Shown here: positions 24,901-39,200 of the stretch, piece by piece | Position numbering within the stretch: the stretch's first letter is position 1 | Layout of the letters: each line of letters begins with the position of its first letter | Source of the DNA: Marsupella aquatica | Taxonomy: Eukaryota; Plantae; Marchantiophyta | DNA: 64,000 nt | Direction: 5' to 3' | Assembly (NCBI GenBank): GCA_973895155.1 | Contig: OZ316893.1 | Span: 10,297,660 to 10,361,659 of the forward strand | The notes under the pieces: generated by a model | Seen by the model: only the letters and a program-made list of their open reading frames with translations | Told to the model about the DNA's origin: nothing | Database searches by the model: none | Made by a program: the position numbers and the translations under genes

Positions 24901-26457
24901 TGTGAACTGAGCAACAGTACACACCATTTCAACAACCGCTTTAACGGAAACCATGCTGAAACTCACAGCAACTTGCCCTCTGGAAAAGAATTAAGCTTTT
25001 GAATTATTTGAGAATCATCCTAAACACTCTTTCTACTGTGAAGGCTTTCGGAAGCAGGACAGAAGAGCCTACCTGGGTTGCGGTGATCGGATAAATCTCA
25101 GGGTGATAGTCATACTGGAACAGCTGTGGAAATCTCTCTCGCATCCTCTTTCCCAGGTGGTACATGTCTTCCTCCCCTCCTGGGGTAAGCTCCCCTCCAA
25201 CCTTTCGACCCTCCCAAGGTGATCGATATCCATACAACCAAGGTGGACGTTTCTCATTCTCTTCAGGGTGATCTTCCAACTGCTTGGCTATTCGTGAGAC
25301 AAGTACTTCCAGTTCATCTATGCGCTTTTTTGTTGGACCCCGTGTTCCATGACGAGCCTGAAACGAAATTTATTACCCACTATTCGCGGTTATTTTAGCT
25401 GATTGGCCCTACAATAACCACATTACCTTGATTCGTAGTAGGAACAGTTACACATAATGAAAAATCCAGTAAAGGCTCAAAATCTTTTCTAAAAGCCCTC
25501 TTCCCGAGCTCTCCTTTCGTGCATTGTCCCATGCCTACATCGAGCCCACTACCTTTGAAGGATACTTTCTTACGATTTCAAGCATCTTGCAGATACAATT
25601 CTAGGGTTTTCAATCGAAAACTTCTCAAACCATTGGCATTGTACTGCATGTCATACTCATTGAGGCCATGACAAATTGGATCACACGCGTGACCATATGG
25701 AGGTACCATGTCAAAGAATTCGCCAATTTGAAAAGGAAGTTTTCAGACAGGTAATAAAAATAATGTAAGTTCCGGATCATCCTAGTATGCACTGGAGTAG
25801 TTCCATGAAATTTCGTACCTCTCGCAATTGTGAATACACAATGCAGAAGAATAGATAGGAAGAGCACTTGCATATCGCAGCCCAAACCCTTCCCTTTTTA
25901 TTAATTTTTTGCGTAATTCTAGAGTACTCTAAAACTCCTTTCGGTTCTGCTCCGTCATCAGTGCAAAATATACCTCACACCATTACACATCGAAGAAATT
26001 CAAAACCAACTTGTTCTCCGACTGATGGAAAACGTACCACAAGGTTTAAGTGAATAGGATCACAGCCCTGCGGCAGAGGTGGAACATCCTCGACTGTACC
26101 AAGCAGAGCTTTGCCAGCCCCATACCTGGACAATAGTCACCAGCTTCAAAGTTCAATAATATCGCTACACATCTGATTCACGAATAACAAACATTGTCGA
26201 CTATAGATGTTCAGAAACTAGCAGATAGAAGTTCATGAACAGATCTGAGCTACAATTCGGCAACGTCTGCTTGAATTTCGCAGGAGTCTCTCCGTGTAAG
26301 ACGTGTTTCAATAAAAAACGACTGACCTGGACGTCGTAGACAAGTGCTGTCTCACATCAAAGCCTGCAGGCGATGCCACCGACGATACCACGAGCATGAA
26401 CCCAGCAACAAGAGCAATCAGCAACGAATCACTTGCTCTACCTGCCTTACAAGCCAT
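21988..26457 (-). CDS. MINPP1: Multiple inositol polyphosphate phosphatase (histidine acid phosphatase), ~11 exons
   Basis: Signal peptide then FDVRQHLSTTSRY, catalytic RHGTRGP (~25340), HAE motif (FRIAHAETVIPF, ~23215), APFGAN, VLHNE, and ER-retention-like C-terminus HREL*. Confidence 0.92.
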
Positions 26458-27329
26458 GATTGCCTCTCGGAAGTTCCCGAGCTAGTGAGCGCTCTAGCGG
26501 AACAATAGTTCCTTCCTTCCTTCCGTCTGTCAGCCCACAGAGACAGATACTGGATTACTCCGGGAACAGAGGGTGCCATGCTATTGTGCTGGAACGAACA
26601 TATCTCACAAAAAACACTGGCAAAACCAATTCCTATGATGCATTACGCCCAACACAGATTGCAGAGAGGTAGCAACACAGATATCTTTGTGTTGAAAAAA
26701 TTCTAGACTCCAACGAACAACAACGCCATCCAATAATGCTTCCATCCATGATGAAGCATTATTGTACATGCAGACTACAGAAAAGCTTCTCTTGAATGAC
26801 CACTTGTACTACAGTACACACGACCACCGGGAAACCAGCTGAAACCGAAAAAAACGAATCATTCTGTCGTCAGTCGTCACCTCTTCTCGTCCTGCAATCG
26901 AAAACCCAGGGATCGAGTTTCGCATTCAAAGCCAGGAAAAGTAATTTCTGGAGCTGGGTGGTGCCGTCCAATGCCTACACGTCTGAACCAGTCAAGAAGA
27001 TCTTGAGCATGGCTACGGTACCCATCCTGCACTCACTGTCTCACTGCGTTTGTCATGGATTTTGGATAGCACAACAGACTCAAAAAGTGGAATGCATCAT
27101 TCTCATCATCAGGCGTCAGTGGTCACCTCTTCCTTCTTCAATCGAATCGAAATTGTGGATGGGTTTTACGCAGCTTTGACAGCATAACGACACGACACTT
27201 TTCAGGGTTTAGGGCTTTAGGCGATGACACGATTTTTGCATGCATCGAGCGACATGCACGACTGCTTTTTTGCATGCGGAGCCAATGACATCTGGACTGG
27301 CCGTCTACCACTATATCTCACCCACACTA

Positions 27330-27975
27330 GAAAGTTTGGACTTGTCCGACAAATAAGGGGTCTGGACCCGACAAACGACAAATGACACACCCGGTCGTCC
27401 CGGCCCCGACCCCGACCCCCGGCCCCCGGCCCCGACCCAAACTGGGGAGTCGGCTCACTAAACAGGGGGAGTCCGGGACTGGGCCGGGAGGGGTAGGGAA
27501 AGTTTGGGACAGGGCCGGGGGAGGGTCGGGAAAATTCGGGTCCGGCTGGGGAATATCGGCCAATATGCGACAAATGACAAGTTGTCGTGTCCAACAACAC
27601 GACAATTTGTCTTCCAATTCAAATTCGTTTGGACTTGTCTGACAACTGAGGGGTCTGGACCCCAACATTTGACATGTATCACACCCGGTCTTCCCAGCCC
27701 CGGGTCCTACTCCCCAGTCCCAGCCCCAACCGGTCCATAACCCGCCCCGACCCCGGCCTTGGCCTCGATCTGTCCCAGCCCTGAACCAGGGGGCCCGCTC
27801 GCCTCACCAGGGGGAGTCCGGGGGAGTCCGGGGGAGTCCGGGCTGGGAGGGGTTCGGGAGAATTTGGGACCGGCTGGGGAATATAGGCGAATATGCAACA
27901 TTTGACCCCTTTTGGAGCCGACAAATGACAAGTTGTAGTGTCGGACAACACAACAACGTGTCGTTAGTTCAAACT
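27330..27975. repeat. GC-rich two-unit tandem duplication (~300 bp units), TE subterminal-like
   Basis: tttggacttgtc.gacaa...ggggtctggaccc...cacccggtc...gggggagtccggg...ccggctggggaatat.ggc.aatatgc..caaatgacaagttgt occurs twice. Confidence 0.8.
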
Positions 27976-28014
27976 GGGCTAGAAACTAACTACTGTTAAT
28001 TAAGGAAGGTTGAG

Positions 28015-28330
28015 GGTTGTGTTATCCAATTTTTGGATGCTGCTTTCGGCGGCCTTTGCTTATATAGTTAAGGTTATGTATGTAATTTATTTCTCACTTG
28101 TCTGTGAAAGGACAAGGTTATGTATATGATTAATAACCTGCTTAGATTTATGAGATGTAGGGTGAGGGTTGTCATTTCAAATTTTTGGAGGGTGCTTTTG
28201 GCCGCCTTTGCTTACATAGTTAAGGTTATCTATATAATTTATTTCTCACATGTTTGTGAAGGGACAAGGTTATGTATATGATTAAGGTAACCCAGTTTGA
28301 TTTATGAGCGGGTTTATGAGATGTAGGGCG
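28015..28330. repeat. Two ~155-bp tandem units
   Basis: gagggttgt...gcctttgctta.atagttaaggttat...ggacaaggttatgtatatgatta repeated. Confidence 0.8.
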
Positions 28331-29910
28331 ACCATATGTTAACTTGTGTACACAGGAGACATGTAGGGTATATACCTCATGAAGCTATGAAGGTGACTTT
28401 ATTGTACTTTCAGGGTGGATAGATGTTTATTAAGGGTATAATCTATACCTCATTGCTCAATGTCCACATAGACTGGTATCAAAGATACACTTGACTCTCT
28501 TTGTGACATGTTAGTTTTCACGTGCGGAGACGACAACTGAGTGAACAAGGACTATGATAGATCAACACACAACCTTAAAGTAAAGTTTATATTTGTATAT
28601 AGTTAAAATTATGCCAGCTTTGTGTCCCTCACAAACAGCACACAATGGTCTCAATGCATAGCACAAACAAGCCTCACACATTTCAAACATTGTATCAGGC
28701 CATCAATCATGAAGCATGTAAAATGTTATGCACATACTAGCCCAATGCCTCTGCCTTGTTCTATCTTTTGCAGCCACGGGGTTGTTTGTGGCCATTTGCT
28801 CCTTGCATAAGCGTTGTCAAGAATGGGACGTGTGTAAGTTTATTGTGAGGGATTGTTGGTGCGGCCATGTTGTCAAGGCAAGGAAGTCATTGAGGAAAGC
28901 AAGAGTCGTAGGGGCAATGTAGTGTGATGCTGGGGTTAATGCAAAAGTTTTGTTGGGGCAAAACTGAGTGAGAAGCATCACATGTCAGGTTGAGCCATGG
29001 CACCTTGTGCTGCTACTGAATGTTTGTCAAGAGGGTGAGTGAAGGTGGGGTGAGGAAAGGGATGCAACATTTTCTTTCATTGTCTTTAATATACCCCCTC
29101 TCCTCTCCCCTCCCTCCCCTTTCACTCCTCTTTCTCCGTACTTACGCATAGGACGGGCAGGTGGACCATTGCACAAGGGTTGCCCTCCCCCACACCTTGA
29201 GGTAACGTATCCAAGGGCCCTGCCTGAGGCAACTTGAGCATTGGCAGGCACTGCATGTGAGGGTGGGCGCTAGGAGGCGAACACCTGATTTCTAGATAGA
29301 ACGGGTCTAGGGGTGATCCAACAGTGCCAAACAGATGGACCCATCATCTGATGGGCAATATCTTTTCCCACCCATCATTCAGTTTGTAATCACCCTGGAA
29401 ACTTTTGGCGGATTGTATACTGTAGTGGTTGATACATTATGAAATGTAATGGAGGATTTCTCATTGATAAATTTGACCATACTTTATATAGTTCGTGTTA
29501 TACAAAGTGGCGGGAGCATCTTGCAACTTTCGGGACTTGTCGGGGAAGTTGGACGCTCTCCCTTGACAAGTCAGTGTTTCATTCATAAACTCAACCTTAA
29601 TGTTAAGGTAAGGGCTTTGCTTAGTCTAGGCTCATTGGAAAGTTTCCAAGCTCTTTCTAACCAACCCCCCAAAATAGATTCCTTTGGATATCAAGGGAGA
29701 TATTGAATGCTAATGTTTTCTGTCCCAAAACTTTTGGAAACACAAAATCTGGACAGTGAGTGATGAAGTAATTTTAGGAAATTCAGAACTCTCAATTCTT
29801 GAATACTAAGGATATTAGGTCTGGTTGGAAAGATTTTTCCAAGCCACTTCTAATAAGTTGAAGAAGAGAAGCTCCACTCTATATCAACGGGAGCAATTCC
29901 ACCAAGTTTA

Positions 29911-30253
29911 TGTTGAGTAAACAGCTAGCACTCAAAGATAACATGCATGTGCAACATCCAACAAACATATAAGTAATCAATACAAGCAACAAGTGATTCA
30001 CCTCACCAAGGGCTACGTCCTAATAACACGCAAGAGAACTTTACTGAAGTCTAGGCTCATTGGCCATAGTGCGTCTCCACAAATTAAGCTCCCCTATCTC
30101 TTAGATGACTCTCTAATAATGAGATCAAGTTTTGCTCACAAGTTAAATACTGCTAGTGAATATGATAGTGACACATCTAACTTTCATCAAGTACCTGACC
30201 ACGACTAACTATGGTTATGAAGTAACTCTAGACTGAAGAGTAAACGCCTCACA
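29911..30253 (-). mobile_element. Solo LTR, family A, copy 3 (most diverged)
   Basis: TGTTG...CACA termini, near-TSD GTTTA/TTTTA, shared core gtgattcacct..gctacgt..aacac.caaga. Confidence 0.7.
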
Positions 30254-30282
30254 TTTTAAACTTTTTGGAAATGAGAAGGGTG

Positions 30283-31135
30283 TCAATGAATGAAAGTGTA
30301 AATGGATCATGTCATCTTCTATGGGAGTTCCATGGGAGCATCATTTTTAGCAGGCTTGGCTTCTATCATTATTTACTCCCTTGGGGAATGATAGGGTAAA
30401 TACCCAAAATCCCTCAAGACAAGGCTATGGGCGGGGTACTCATTGGTCATTAGTAATATGCTCCCTTGGGGAAAGTTGACAGTGCATATTGATGGTAGGG
30501 TAGGTCCTTGGCTCTGGATAGGATGTACAAGGAGTCATAATCACACCCCTTGTCCTAGACTATATACTATTTCAGTCAATGAAGGTGTAAATGGTGTCAC
30601 GGTCCATGGGAATTCCCTGGGAGCATCATTTTTCGAAGGCTTGGCTGGTATCATTATTTAGTCCTCCCTTGGGAATGATAGGGTACAAATGTAAATACCC
30701 AAAATCCGTAAAGACAAGGCTATTGGTGGGTATTGGTCATATGTTGCTCCCTTGGGGAAAGCTCACAGTGCATACTGATGGTAGGGTAGGTCCCTGACCC
30801 AGGGTAGGGTGCACAAGCAGTCATGGTCCCACCCCTGGTCCTAGGCTATATCCTATTTTAATGAACGAAGGTGTAAATCGTCTCACGGTCCATGAGAGTT
30901 TCATAGGAGCATCATTTTCAGACTTGGATCCTGTCTTTATTTACCCCCTTAGGAGAGATAAGGTTGAGACCCAAAATCCTTAAAGATGACGCTATTGGTG
31001 GGGCACTCATTCGTCATTAGTTGCTTCCTTGAGGAAAGCTGTCGGTGGATATTGCTGTAGGGCAGGCCCTTGGGACTGGGTAGGGTGTACAAGCACTCAT
31101 GGTCCCACCCCTGGCCCAAGGCTATGTCCTAAATT
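30283..31135. repeat. Three ~290-bp tandem units
   Basis: gaaggtgtaaat...ggagcatcatttt...cccaaaatcc..aagacaaggctat...cctt(g)gggaaag...cccacccctggtcctaggctat repeated three times. Confidence 0.85.
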
Positions 31136-33079
31136 CAAATACCCACCTTTTTAGCATTAAATGGGAGTGATGACTGAATGCATTGGAGGCATCTCGATCT
31201 TCGCCCATTGTGCAATACTTCAAACTTACGAGGGTTAGAATGTATATATCACACTGTCAAAGAACAATGGTGCCAGACCCAATAGTGGTAAACAAGTTTG
31301 ACTCTATGATGTGGACCCTCCCCCACATATAATCATGTCCCACTGACCTTACACACATGTGGGCGACACTATGTGCTTGATGCCATTGTGGTATGCAATA
31401 CAATATATTAGCTCATTTTTCTTAGAATTTTTTTTTTTGGGTGGGGGTTGGTAGCCCTGCACTGGTTGCCCATATAAAATTCTCCCTTTTTCCCTCATTC
31501 CACTCATGTTTTCCTCTAAGGTACCGTCCACTCCAAGATGAAGAATTACGAATCATAGTTAAATCTGGATCCTATGGGCAACCGTAGCTCTTGAAGGGGC
31601 AGACCATTAACTCATCTCAATAATATGTTCATTTGCCCCTATGGATGGGGAGATTTCATATTCCCTGCTCCCATCGGTCTATCTAAACCGTACAATACGT
31701 CATCATTGTGGTAGCAAAGCTCCTTGGGTGTTGGATATGGCTGACCATCAGATTCTCCATAACCCATCACTCTCCTAACAACTTGCACACTCTTTTAAAT
31801 TTAGTTGCCATGTCTACTCCCTCCAGTGTCAGACTACCTACTGTAGCCATTCAATTATGATCAATGATATGATACTATGTTATTCAAAGGAGTGAAATTG
31901 GGCTATCACTTCATAGTTCTTACCCACGCCCCTTGTGAAATTAAAAATATTATAATAAAATTTGGACGCTTGGTACCCCCTAGACATGGAACCTAGCCCT
32001 TACAATGCTTTATAAATTTTCAGCTCCCAAACACATCATGGTGTGCTGGCCAGTTTATTTTCGGGTGACAAAATTTGCCAAATTCCACCTCCCCAAAAAG
32101 CTTTCACTAGTTTTGGCTAAAGTTGGCTAGTAATTGTTTTTCAGTTCCACCTAATTACAGGTCCCATTAGCTAGAATCTAAAGGGCATTCTTAAAAGTAG
32201 TGAGATGTGAGGGTCAATAAATAACTGAAATAATGAATATTTTGACCTTCTTTTCCTTCACACTTTTCCTTCACACTTAATATTAGCCAACATTCGGCCA
32301 CTCTGGAGTAAAAGTAAAAACCTTAAAAAAATACACTGGCGCAGGCTATGGTTGCTCGCGGTTTGCTCGCTGATTGCAAAGCAAAGTGCTCCTCCACCAT
32401 TACAGCCGAAAGCTCGAAGCTCGCTAGTAAAATACAGTAAATGTCGAAGCAGAAGAAGCAGGAGAAGACGAAGTACAAAAAGCTCTCGTCATCATTATCT
32501 TTCGAAGCCTCGTCACGCGATCTGGATGCATACGAGTATACCACTGTACATAACTTTTACAAGTGCCGCGAGGCTGGACAGGACAATTGTGTTGCGGAAG
32601 GTGCTGCAATCCTGCGCTAGTCAGTCGAGCGAGTTTGGTGAGCTTGTGCTTCGTTTTAGTCAGCACTGACTGTCTGTCTGTGTTGGCCGTCCCTTGATGT
32701 ACCGGTTCATATGAAGTCTTGCTAGAGATTAGAGAAAGAGAGCGAGCGAACATCATTTGCGAATTTTCGTTGCCTTCAGCTGCACTGCCACTCATGGATG
32801 CCTGCGACTGGCTAGAGTAGCGCTTTGAACTGCATCTGTTGTTGATGGACGAGACTCTCGGGTGTTGTGCGGAGGCTTCTTGATGGTCAGGTCAGGAACG
32901 ATTGATGGATTGTTTGATTGATGAGGCTGTTCTGGACTCTGGCGAGCAGGCTCGCTGATGTTGGGAAGAGGAGTAGTAGAAGAGTTGCTCCGGACATTTG
33001 CCTTTGGAAGAGGAATCTATCTGTGCATTGCTGGTGAGTGAGCTCTGAAGGCAGAGGGCGGACGAGGAGTGGTTTAGAT

Positions 33080-34129
33080 ATGAGTGCCGTGATGGAAAAC
33101 GAGGAGGCGAAGGAGGGCTCGCTCATTCCCGGGTTGCCGGACGACTTGGGGTTGCTGTGCCTAGCACGGCTTCCGCGGGTGACCCACGCGACCCTCAGTA
33201 GCGTTTGTCAAGCTTGGCGCGATCTCTTCCAAGGCGAGCAATTGTTCAACATGCGCTCTAAGCTCCAGTATGTAGATCGATGGCTTCTGGTCCTTAGAGG
33301 AGATCCTCTCGCGTTCTACTCTTATGACCTGAAATCCAAGAAGCGTAGTCCTCTTCCCCTGCTGGATGACGTGGAGCGGGTGGAGCAATTGCACTTAGGG
33401 GGATACAAAAGTGCAGCCGTGGGGTCCTCTTTGGTGGTTCTAGGGGGGGTTGTGATAGACGCTATGGGATTGCATGGCCAGCCCACATTGAACATGTTTG
33501 ACACAATTACACGGCGGTGGTCTGAGGGTGCTAATATGTCGGTGCCTCGCTGCTACTTCGCATGTGGAGTCATTGCTGGAAAACTCTATGTTGCAGGTGG
33601 GTACAACGGATGTGGGGATTTGGAGGTCAGTGGCGAAGTGTATGACTTCAAAACTAACGAGTGGTCGTCGATAGCTCCAATGCCCTTTGGGCTGGCGAAT
33701 ATCGAGAGTGATGCTGTGTTTAAAGGCCGTCTATTCATCAAGGGGCGTGCACTGTCTGCTGAGGATGACCAACGCAAGGTTTTGTCTTACGATCCTGTGA
33801 ATAACACATGGGAGAATAATGATAGGCTAGAAAGGGGTCTTTTGGATGGCGACTTTGTAGCCACTTCGGAAGAGCTGTATGTTATGAATCGGTCGAATTA
33901 CATTGGAAAGTATGATGAGGAGTCAGCACAATGGGAGCAGGTTGGAAGAACTTCACCTTATTTCTTACCGTTTGATTGCCCCTCGAAGCGTGCTGTCGGC
34001 TTCGGCAAGGAGCTTTTCTTTCTTAACACGTTGGCGGGGGAGTGCATGCAGCTCTATCAATGTAGTGTTGTCTACCAGGTTTTGCCCAAGGTGTACTGGC
34101 AATGGCAAGGAGCCATTGTCGAGGCTTAA
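33080..34129 (+). CDS. F-box/Kelch-repeat protein, intronless CDS
   Basis: F-box LIPGLPDDLGLLCLARLP...VCQAWR; Kelch repeats VVLGG and MSVPRCYFACGVIAGKLYVAGG, VYD...NEWSSIAPMP. Confidence 0.92.
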   Translation: MSAVMENEEAKEGSLIPGLPDDLGLLCLARLPRVTHATLSSVCQAWRDLFQGEQLFNMRSKLQYVDRWLLVLRGDPLAFYSYDLKSKKRSPLPLLDDVERVEQLHLGGYKSAAVGSSLVVLGGVVIDAMGLHGQPTLNMFDTITRRWSEGANMSVPRCYFACGVIAGKLYVAGGYNGCGDLEVSGEVYDFKTNEWSSIAPMPFGLANIESDAVFKGRLFIKGRALSAEDDQRKVLSYDPVNNTWENNDRLERGLLDGDFVATSEELYVMNRSNYIGKYDEESAQWEQVGRTSPYFLPFDCPSKRAVGFGKELFFLNTLAGECMQLYQCSVVYQVLPKVYWQWQGAIVEA

Positions 34130-36295
34130 GCTAAGGATCTCCTTTGTTTGCGAATATGTGATGTTGGCTGAGGTGGAGCATTAGAAAAGATGTAGATAAA
34201 CTCTGATATGGCTAGCTGAGCGGTATCTGTCTTATACCGTTGCTACATTCGGAATCATCAGTTCTCGAGGAATCCACGGAAATTCTTGCAAAATGCTAGT
34301 AATGTTTGATACTTATCCAGAGTGTGGAAAAGTGTTGATAAGATCTCCGGATACTGAAGGCATTGGATGATTGGCTGTCATCCTATCCTCATCAGTTTTT
34401 TTGTATATAAGCCTGCTGGTGTATTTCGACTTGTCTATCATTTCTTTGGTGGATCTGTAACCTGGATGAGAAAGTGAAGGGGAGGCAGTTCTGCGTGAGA
34501 GGCAGTAACTAGTTGTCCGTTCTGGCACCCGGCATATCTCTGGACGAGACCCTTTCCTAAATTGGGCCATGTGTGTGAAAATGATTTGGACATTTCTGCT
34601 ATGCATTTTTTCTACTTTTTTCCGGATATAGTTAAGGGGCTCGAGTCTTCCTTTGTGACGGTTGTACTGAAATTCTCTCCACGTGTTAGTGTTGAATGAT
34701 TCGATCGAGGTTCAGTCCTGTCAAATTTTGAAAGTGAAAGATTGAGTAAAAGCAAACTAGCATGCTGTGCTTCTCTCTAGTTTTTGACAGAAGTGAACAA
34801 TTTCTACCACCCCTTCACCGGATAAGATTATAAATTTGCAGCATCTACTGCGTTGAAAGAACCATCGATGCAGTCCAGCTCGGAACTCGAGCATAGTGTT
34901 CTCAGCTGGCAAAGTTTGCCACTACGCTTGCGATTTAGACACTGCAGATTTCAAGTTGTAATCTGACAATGATGTCACCGTATGTATGCCAACTCTTGAA
35001 ATTGACTCTCCAAATGCTGTTCACTTGAGCTGCCAACTCTTGAAAATGACTCTCCACAATTGAATGTAGTTCACTGGAGCTCCTTGTTTCAGTGGCTAAG
35101 GAGTCACCACGTGGCCCTCCACCAGTATATGAATTGTTCCTCTCAGCTGAGATCAAATCGTTTTCGACGGGCCCGCCCCCTCTTCATACGAAACAAAGCA
35201 GAGCAGGCCAGGCAGCTCAAAGTCCCCCACTGCCTCCTTCAAAGCTTCGCCTCTTTGTACCAAAGTTAGTGCACATACATATCGAAAATTCAATTACTCA
35301 CCCATGTCGGTGGGTCATCACCGAGTCACATTATTGCCCAAGATTAGGACTGTCCAATGAGCTCAAACTTGTGGAAACCTGGGAGCAACCTGCCTGCCGA
35401 ACTCTCAGGAATGGTGTTCTTGTACATCAGGAGGTCGAGAGAAATCACGCATTTCGAGAACTGTAAACTCCATCAAGTTGACTCCATTTGAGCGAAACTG
35501 GGCCAGGCCCGGAAGGTTCTGTACAGATCATACCTAGTGATCAAAAGTGGGATATCACAATAAAAAATGGGAAAATAAAATAGAGACATCACGCATCTCG
35601 AGTAAACTCTGGCTGTGTCCGTTTATGGAAGCCTCCGCGGAACTAGAGGTTTAGAGCAAAGCCTGAAAGTCACCTTTGAAACGCTGAAAGTGCCAGTCTC
35701 CTGCCGGATTGGACAATGACAACTTTCGGATGAACCTAAGGGTTCCAGTTGGAGACTGCAAACAGACGGTTCGCCACAAAATTAGCAAAAATTCTTCCCC
35801 TCCCCGAAATAGTTTGTGTACAGCAGCGAGAAAAGGGCCCAGTCTGTTGGGCGGAATGAACAGAGTCAGACAAGACATTAGTGAACTATTCGCACACAAC
35901 CCACCTGTGCGGCGTCATCAGTGTCGGCATTCCTCTGTGTCGGTCTGATAGTCCCTCTCATCAGGCCCTGATTGAGCTCCCTCAGACGTCCATCGAGAGT
36001 TGGTAAAGGCTACTGAGAGTTGCATGCTACTTGGTTCGCATTGACAATGGCTGGTGGACAAACCGGCATTACCCTGGTTGCTGAGCTCCCACCCTCCTCC
36101 ATCCCAACGCAAGAAGTCCTCTAGGCATTACCCTGGTGGACAAACCGGCATTACCCTGGTTTCACCGTCTCAAGGGAAGCTCGGTTGCCACAATTCTTCC
36201 CGCAATTCTTTACATCCTTCAACACAGACCTCCCCTGCTGTCCTCGGACTTCAATTCCTTGTAGGTTTCCGGGAACGCCAAGTAGGTTTTTGTCA

Positions 36296-39200
36296 ATGGG
36301 TTCCCAGGCCATGGCAATCACGCAGCAGCTAGCTGCTGCTACCTCCAGCGTGAGATGCAGCAGCCCAGCAGCATCGGCAATCTCATCTGCAAAAGCCTCT
36401 AGAGCATCAGCAGCTGGGGAAGCTTCTCCCCTCGTGGCTTCCAGTAGGAGGAGGGTGCAGCCTCGCAGCACTGCCGTCCCTCGGTTAGGAAGCTTGTTGT
36501 TCATCAAGAATCCGGTATTGGCCAGCGGTGGTCGTTTGGCTTTAGGGAGTGGATTAGGGATCGGCAAACTGGTGCTTGTGGATCCGCAGCAGCGGAAGAG
36601 GAAGGCTGGATTTCAAGTGAGAGCTGCAACCACTGATCCAGAAGGGATCGTTCCTCCTGGTGATGGCATCGCTGTTCCAATTCCAGAGGCGGCCCTTGAG
36701 CCAAGCAATTCTCAGCTCGCTAAAACCTTGCAGCTAGGTTCTCTGTTTGGACTCTGGTACCTATTCAACATCTACTTCAACATTTACAACAAACAGGTAC
36801 GCATTCTCAATTATTTTTCGGCTGGTCTGTTGTTCACAACGACCTTTGCTGTCCTCGAAGTTTCGCTGCGAAGAAAGTGGGATCAGTGAGATCACAAATT
36901 CTTTTAAAGTCGGATGAAACTAGCTGCCATCCTTGTTCGTCAGCGTGTTTGATTCACTTTCGCGAGGACTTCGGGTGCCAGCTGAATCTTTCGTTGAGCA
37001 TTCACTCCGGTTGATTTGTTCAACGATAATTGGCTTTTCCGGAGAATTCGGCTGTAGTTGTGGCCATTGGACCTCGATTGCAAGACACTGACAGCTTTTG
37101 TCTACTTACAGCAAATGGGTCGTTACAAAGTAGACCTTATTTTCCGAGGTTTCATCACCCTTACGAGGTCCCCTCTGATAAATTTAAATTTGAAAGACCT
37201 GGTCCAAACCTCTGATAGCAACTTTACAACTCTGCCATTGGGAGGAAGGCTCACCTTGACATTGTTTGTAGCCCAGTATAGAGTTCCTCCATCGCGATGG
37301 ATGCCTGAAGTTGTGCAACCGGTGAAACCTCTGGGCAGTAGGTTTATACGGGATTAGTACAGCCCTCGAAAACAGTAGGTGTCACTCCTTCGCTTTCTCG
37401 TTAGAGTCGCCATCCAAAACTAAAATTTTAATTATCCAACGTAGGCTTATCTCAACCAATATTTGTATGAAACCTTCACGCAGGTCATTATGACTTATTC
37501 TCGCAGCCATTTCTGTCACTTGTTCGCTCTAGGATATTTTACCTTCCCAAACAGGATGCAACTCCATAAATCCAAACCAAGGTGTACGCAAATTGTGATC
37601 TGCAGTGCAATTACTACTGGCCATCTAACTAACTGACCTGCCCGTTGGTGGTTTCTTGGTGATGTTCAGGTCTTGAAAGTGTACACTTTCCCGGTGACGA
37701 TCACATCTTTTCAATTCCTGGTCGGTTCAGTGATTGTATTATTCATGTGGACAACGGGGATTCTAAAAAAACCAAAAGTCACGAGGTCTCAGGTAAGGCT
37801 TGTAAATCTACATTGGTGCAAGTCCTCCGTCAGTGAGGCAAACTTCATCTGTCTTGGTAATTTCCTCTTTGAATCTAGTGATTGCAGGCTTGATTTTTTG
37901 ACGACTGAATTTTGACAACTGAATGCAAAAATCATCAAGGCATTTGACTCGCGTCTATACTGTATTTGCCGTCTCTGTGGTTAAAGAGGTTTTAGAAACA
38001 TGGGATCCTGTTTCTTTCGTGCCTGTAACTCATTTCTGGACGCGTCAAGTGATATCGCTTATACTCACGTAATTTGGTGGCCTTTGACTATACGTCTGTG
38101 GCATCTCGGCTTGAATTGTAGGGAGCGTTTCTCTGTTCTACTTTCCTAATGATAATAATCTTCTATACTTGCAGCTTCTTGCCATTTTACCTTTAGCAAT
38201 AGTTCATACGCTTGGCAACTTATTCACAAATATGAGTCTTGGCAAAGTTGCTGTCTCCTTCACTCACACGATCAAATCGATGGAGCCCTTCTTCTCCGTG
38301 CTCCTCTCAGCTCTGGTTTTGGGAGAGGTATGATTCCAACCTAATTATTATGCGTCTCCTTATTTCATTTTGTTGCTCGAATAGGAGTAAGTGCCTCATG
38401 ATTTGTGTACTTCGTTTACAAACTTTATAGGCCCATCCACACTACATTGTATGCACCCAAGTTGAGGTGCTCCAGTACATGTTAAAAGTCGGAGCCAAGT
38501 GCATGACGGTGCAAGGCCTTGGCCGTCAGGCTATGCATCATATTCTTTTTCGAACATTTCTACCCATCCTTCTTGTTATAAGGATACCTATTCACTTAGT
38601 TAACGTGTTGTTGCAGGTTCCTAACCTGCTGATTGTGGCCTCTCTATTACCAATTGTCGGTGGAGTAGCTCTGGCCTCTATGACAGAAGTGTCGTTCAAC
38701 TGGTAAATATGGCCTCCTGTACAGAAAACATGAAGTTTGTTATTTAAGGATATCGTTATTGTAACTTTAGAAAAGGCTGCGTTCTGATAATGCAGGTTAT
38801 TAACTTAATTTGACTTATGCGTGAACTGTATGATTAAATTGTTCTAGTACTCAATTACTAGCAAGTTATGTTTTTACCTTTCTCTCTGGCTGGATCTTTA
38901 GGAAATTGTGAGAAGCAAACTTTCAAGTGATTAATATGATCCGTTGTCTATTGATGGGACATCTAGAGGTTGTGCACTTGTATCACGATTTTGAGTATGG
39001 CCCAGTTGAAATTGCAACCCTACCGGCTTGCTCAAGCTTTAGTATTTTCTTTCAGGGCCGGATTTCTGAGTGCGATGGCCTCAAATGTGACTTTCCAATC
39101 ACGCAATGTCTTAAGCAAGAAGCTTATGCTCAAGAAAGAGGTAACTGTTTAAATTTTCCTGTAGTCGCGGCTAGTCGAAGTAGAATATTGCCTTCCATCA

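Noticed and set aside
28620-29330. Cys/His-rich fragments suggesting a transposase zinc finger
   Set aside because: Interrupted by stops and no diagnostic motif could be confirmed.
30283-31135. Possible CRISPR-like or coding repeat
   Set aside because: Long degenerate tandem units with no spacers, in a eukaryotic context.
34935-35466. Short ORFs and a minus-strand donor-like site between the F-box and PPT genes
   Set aside because: No recognisable protein or consistent exon chain.
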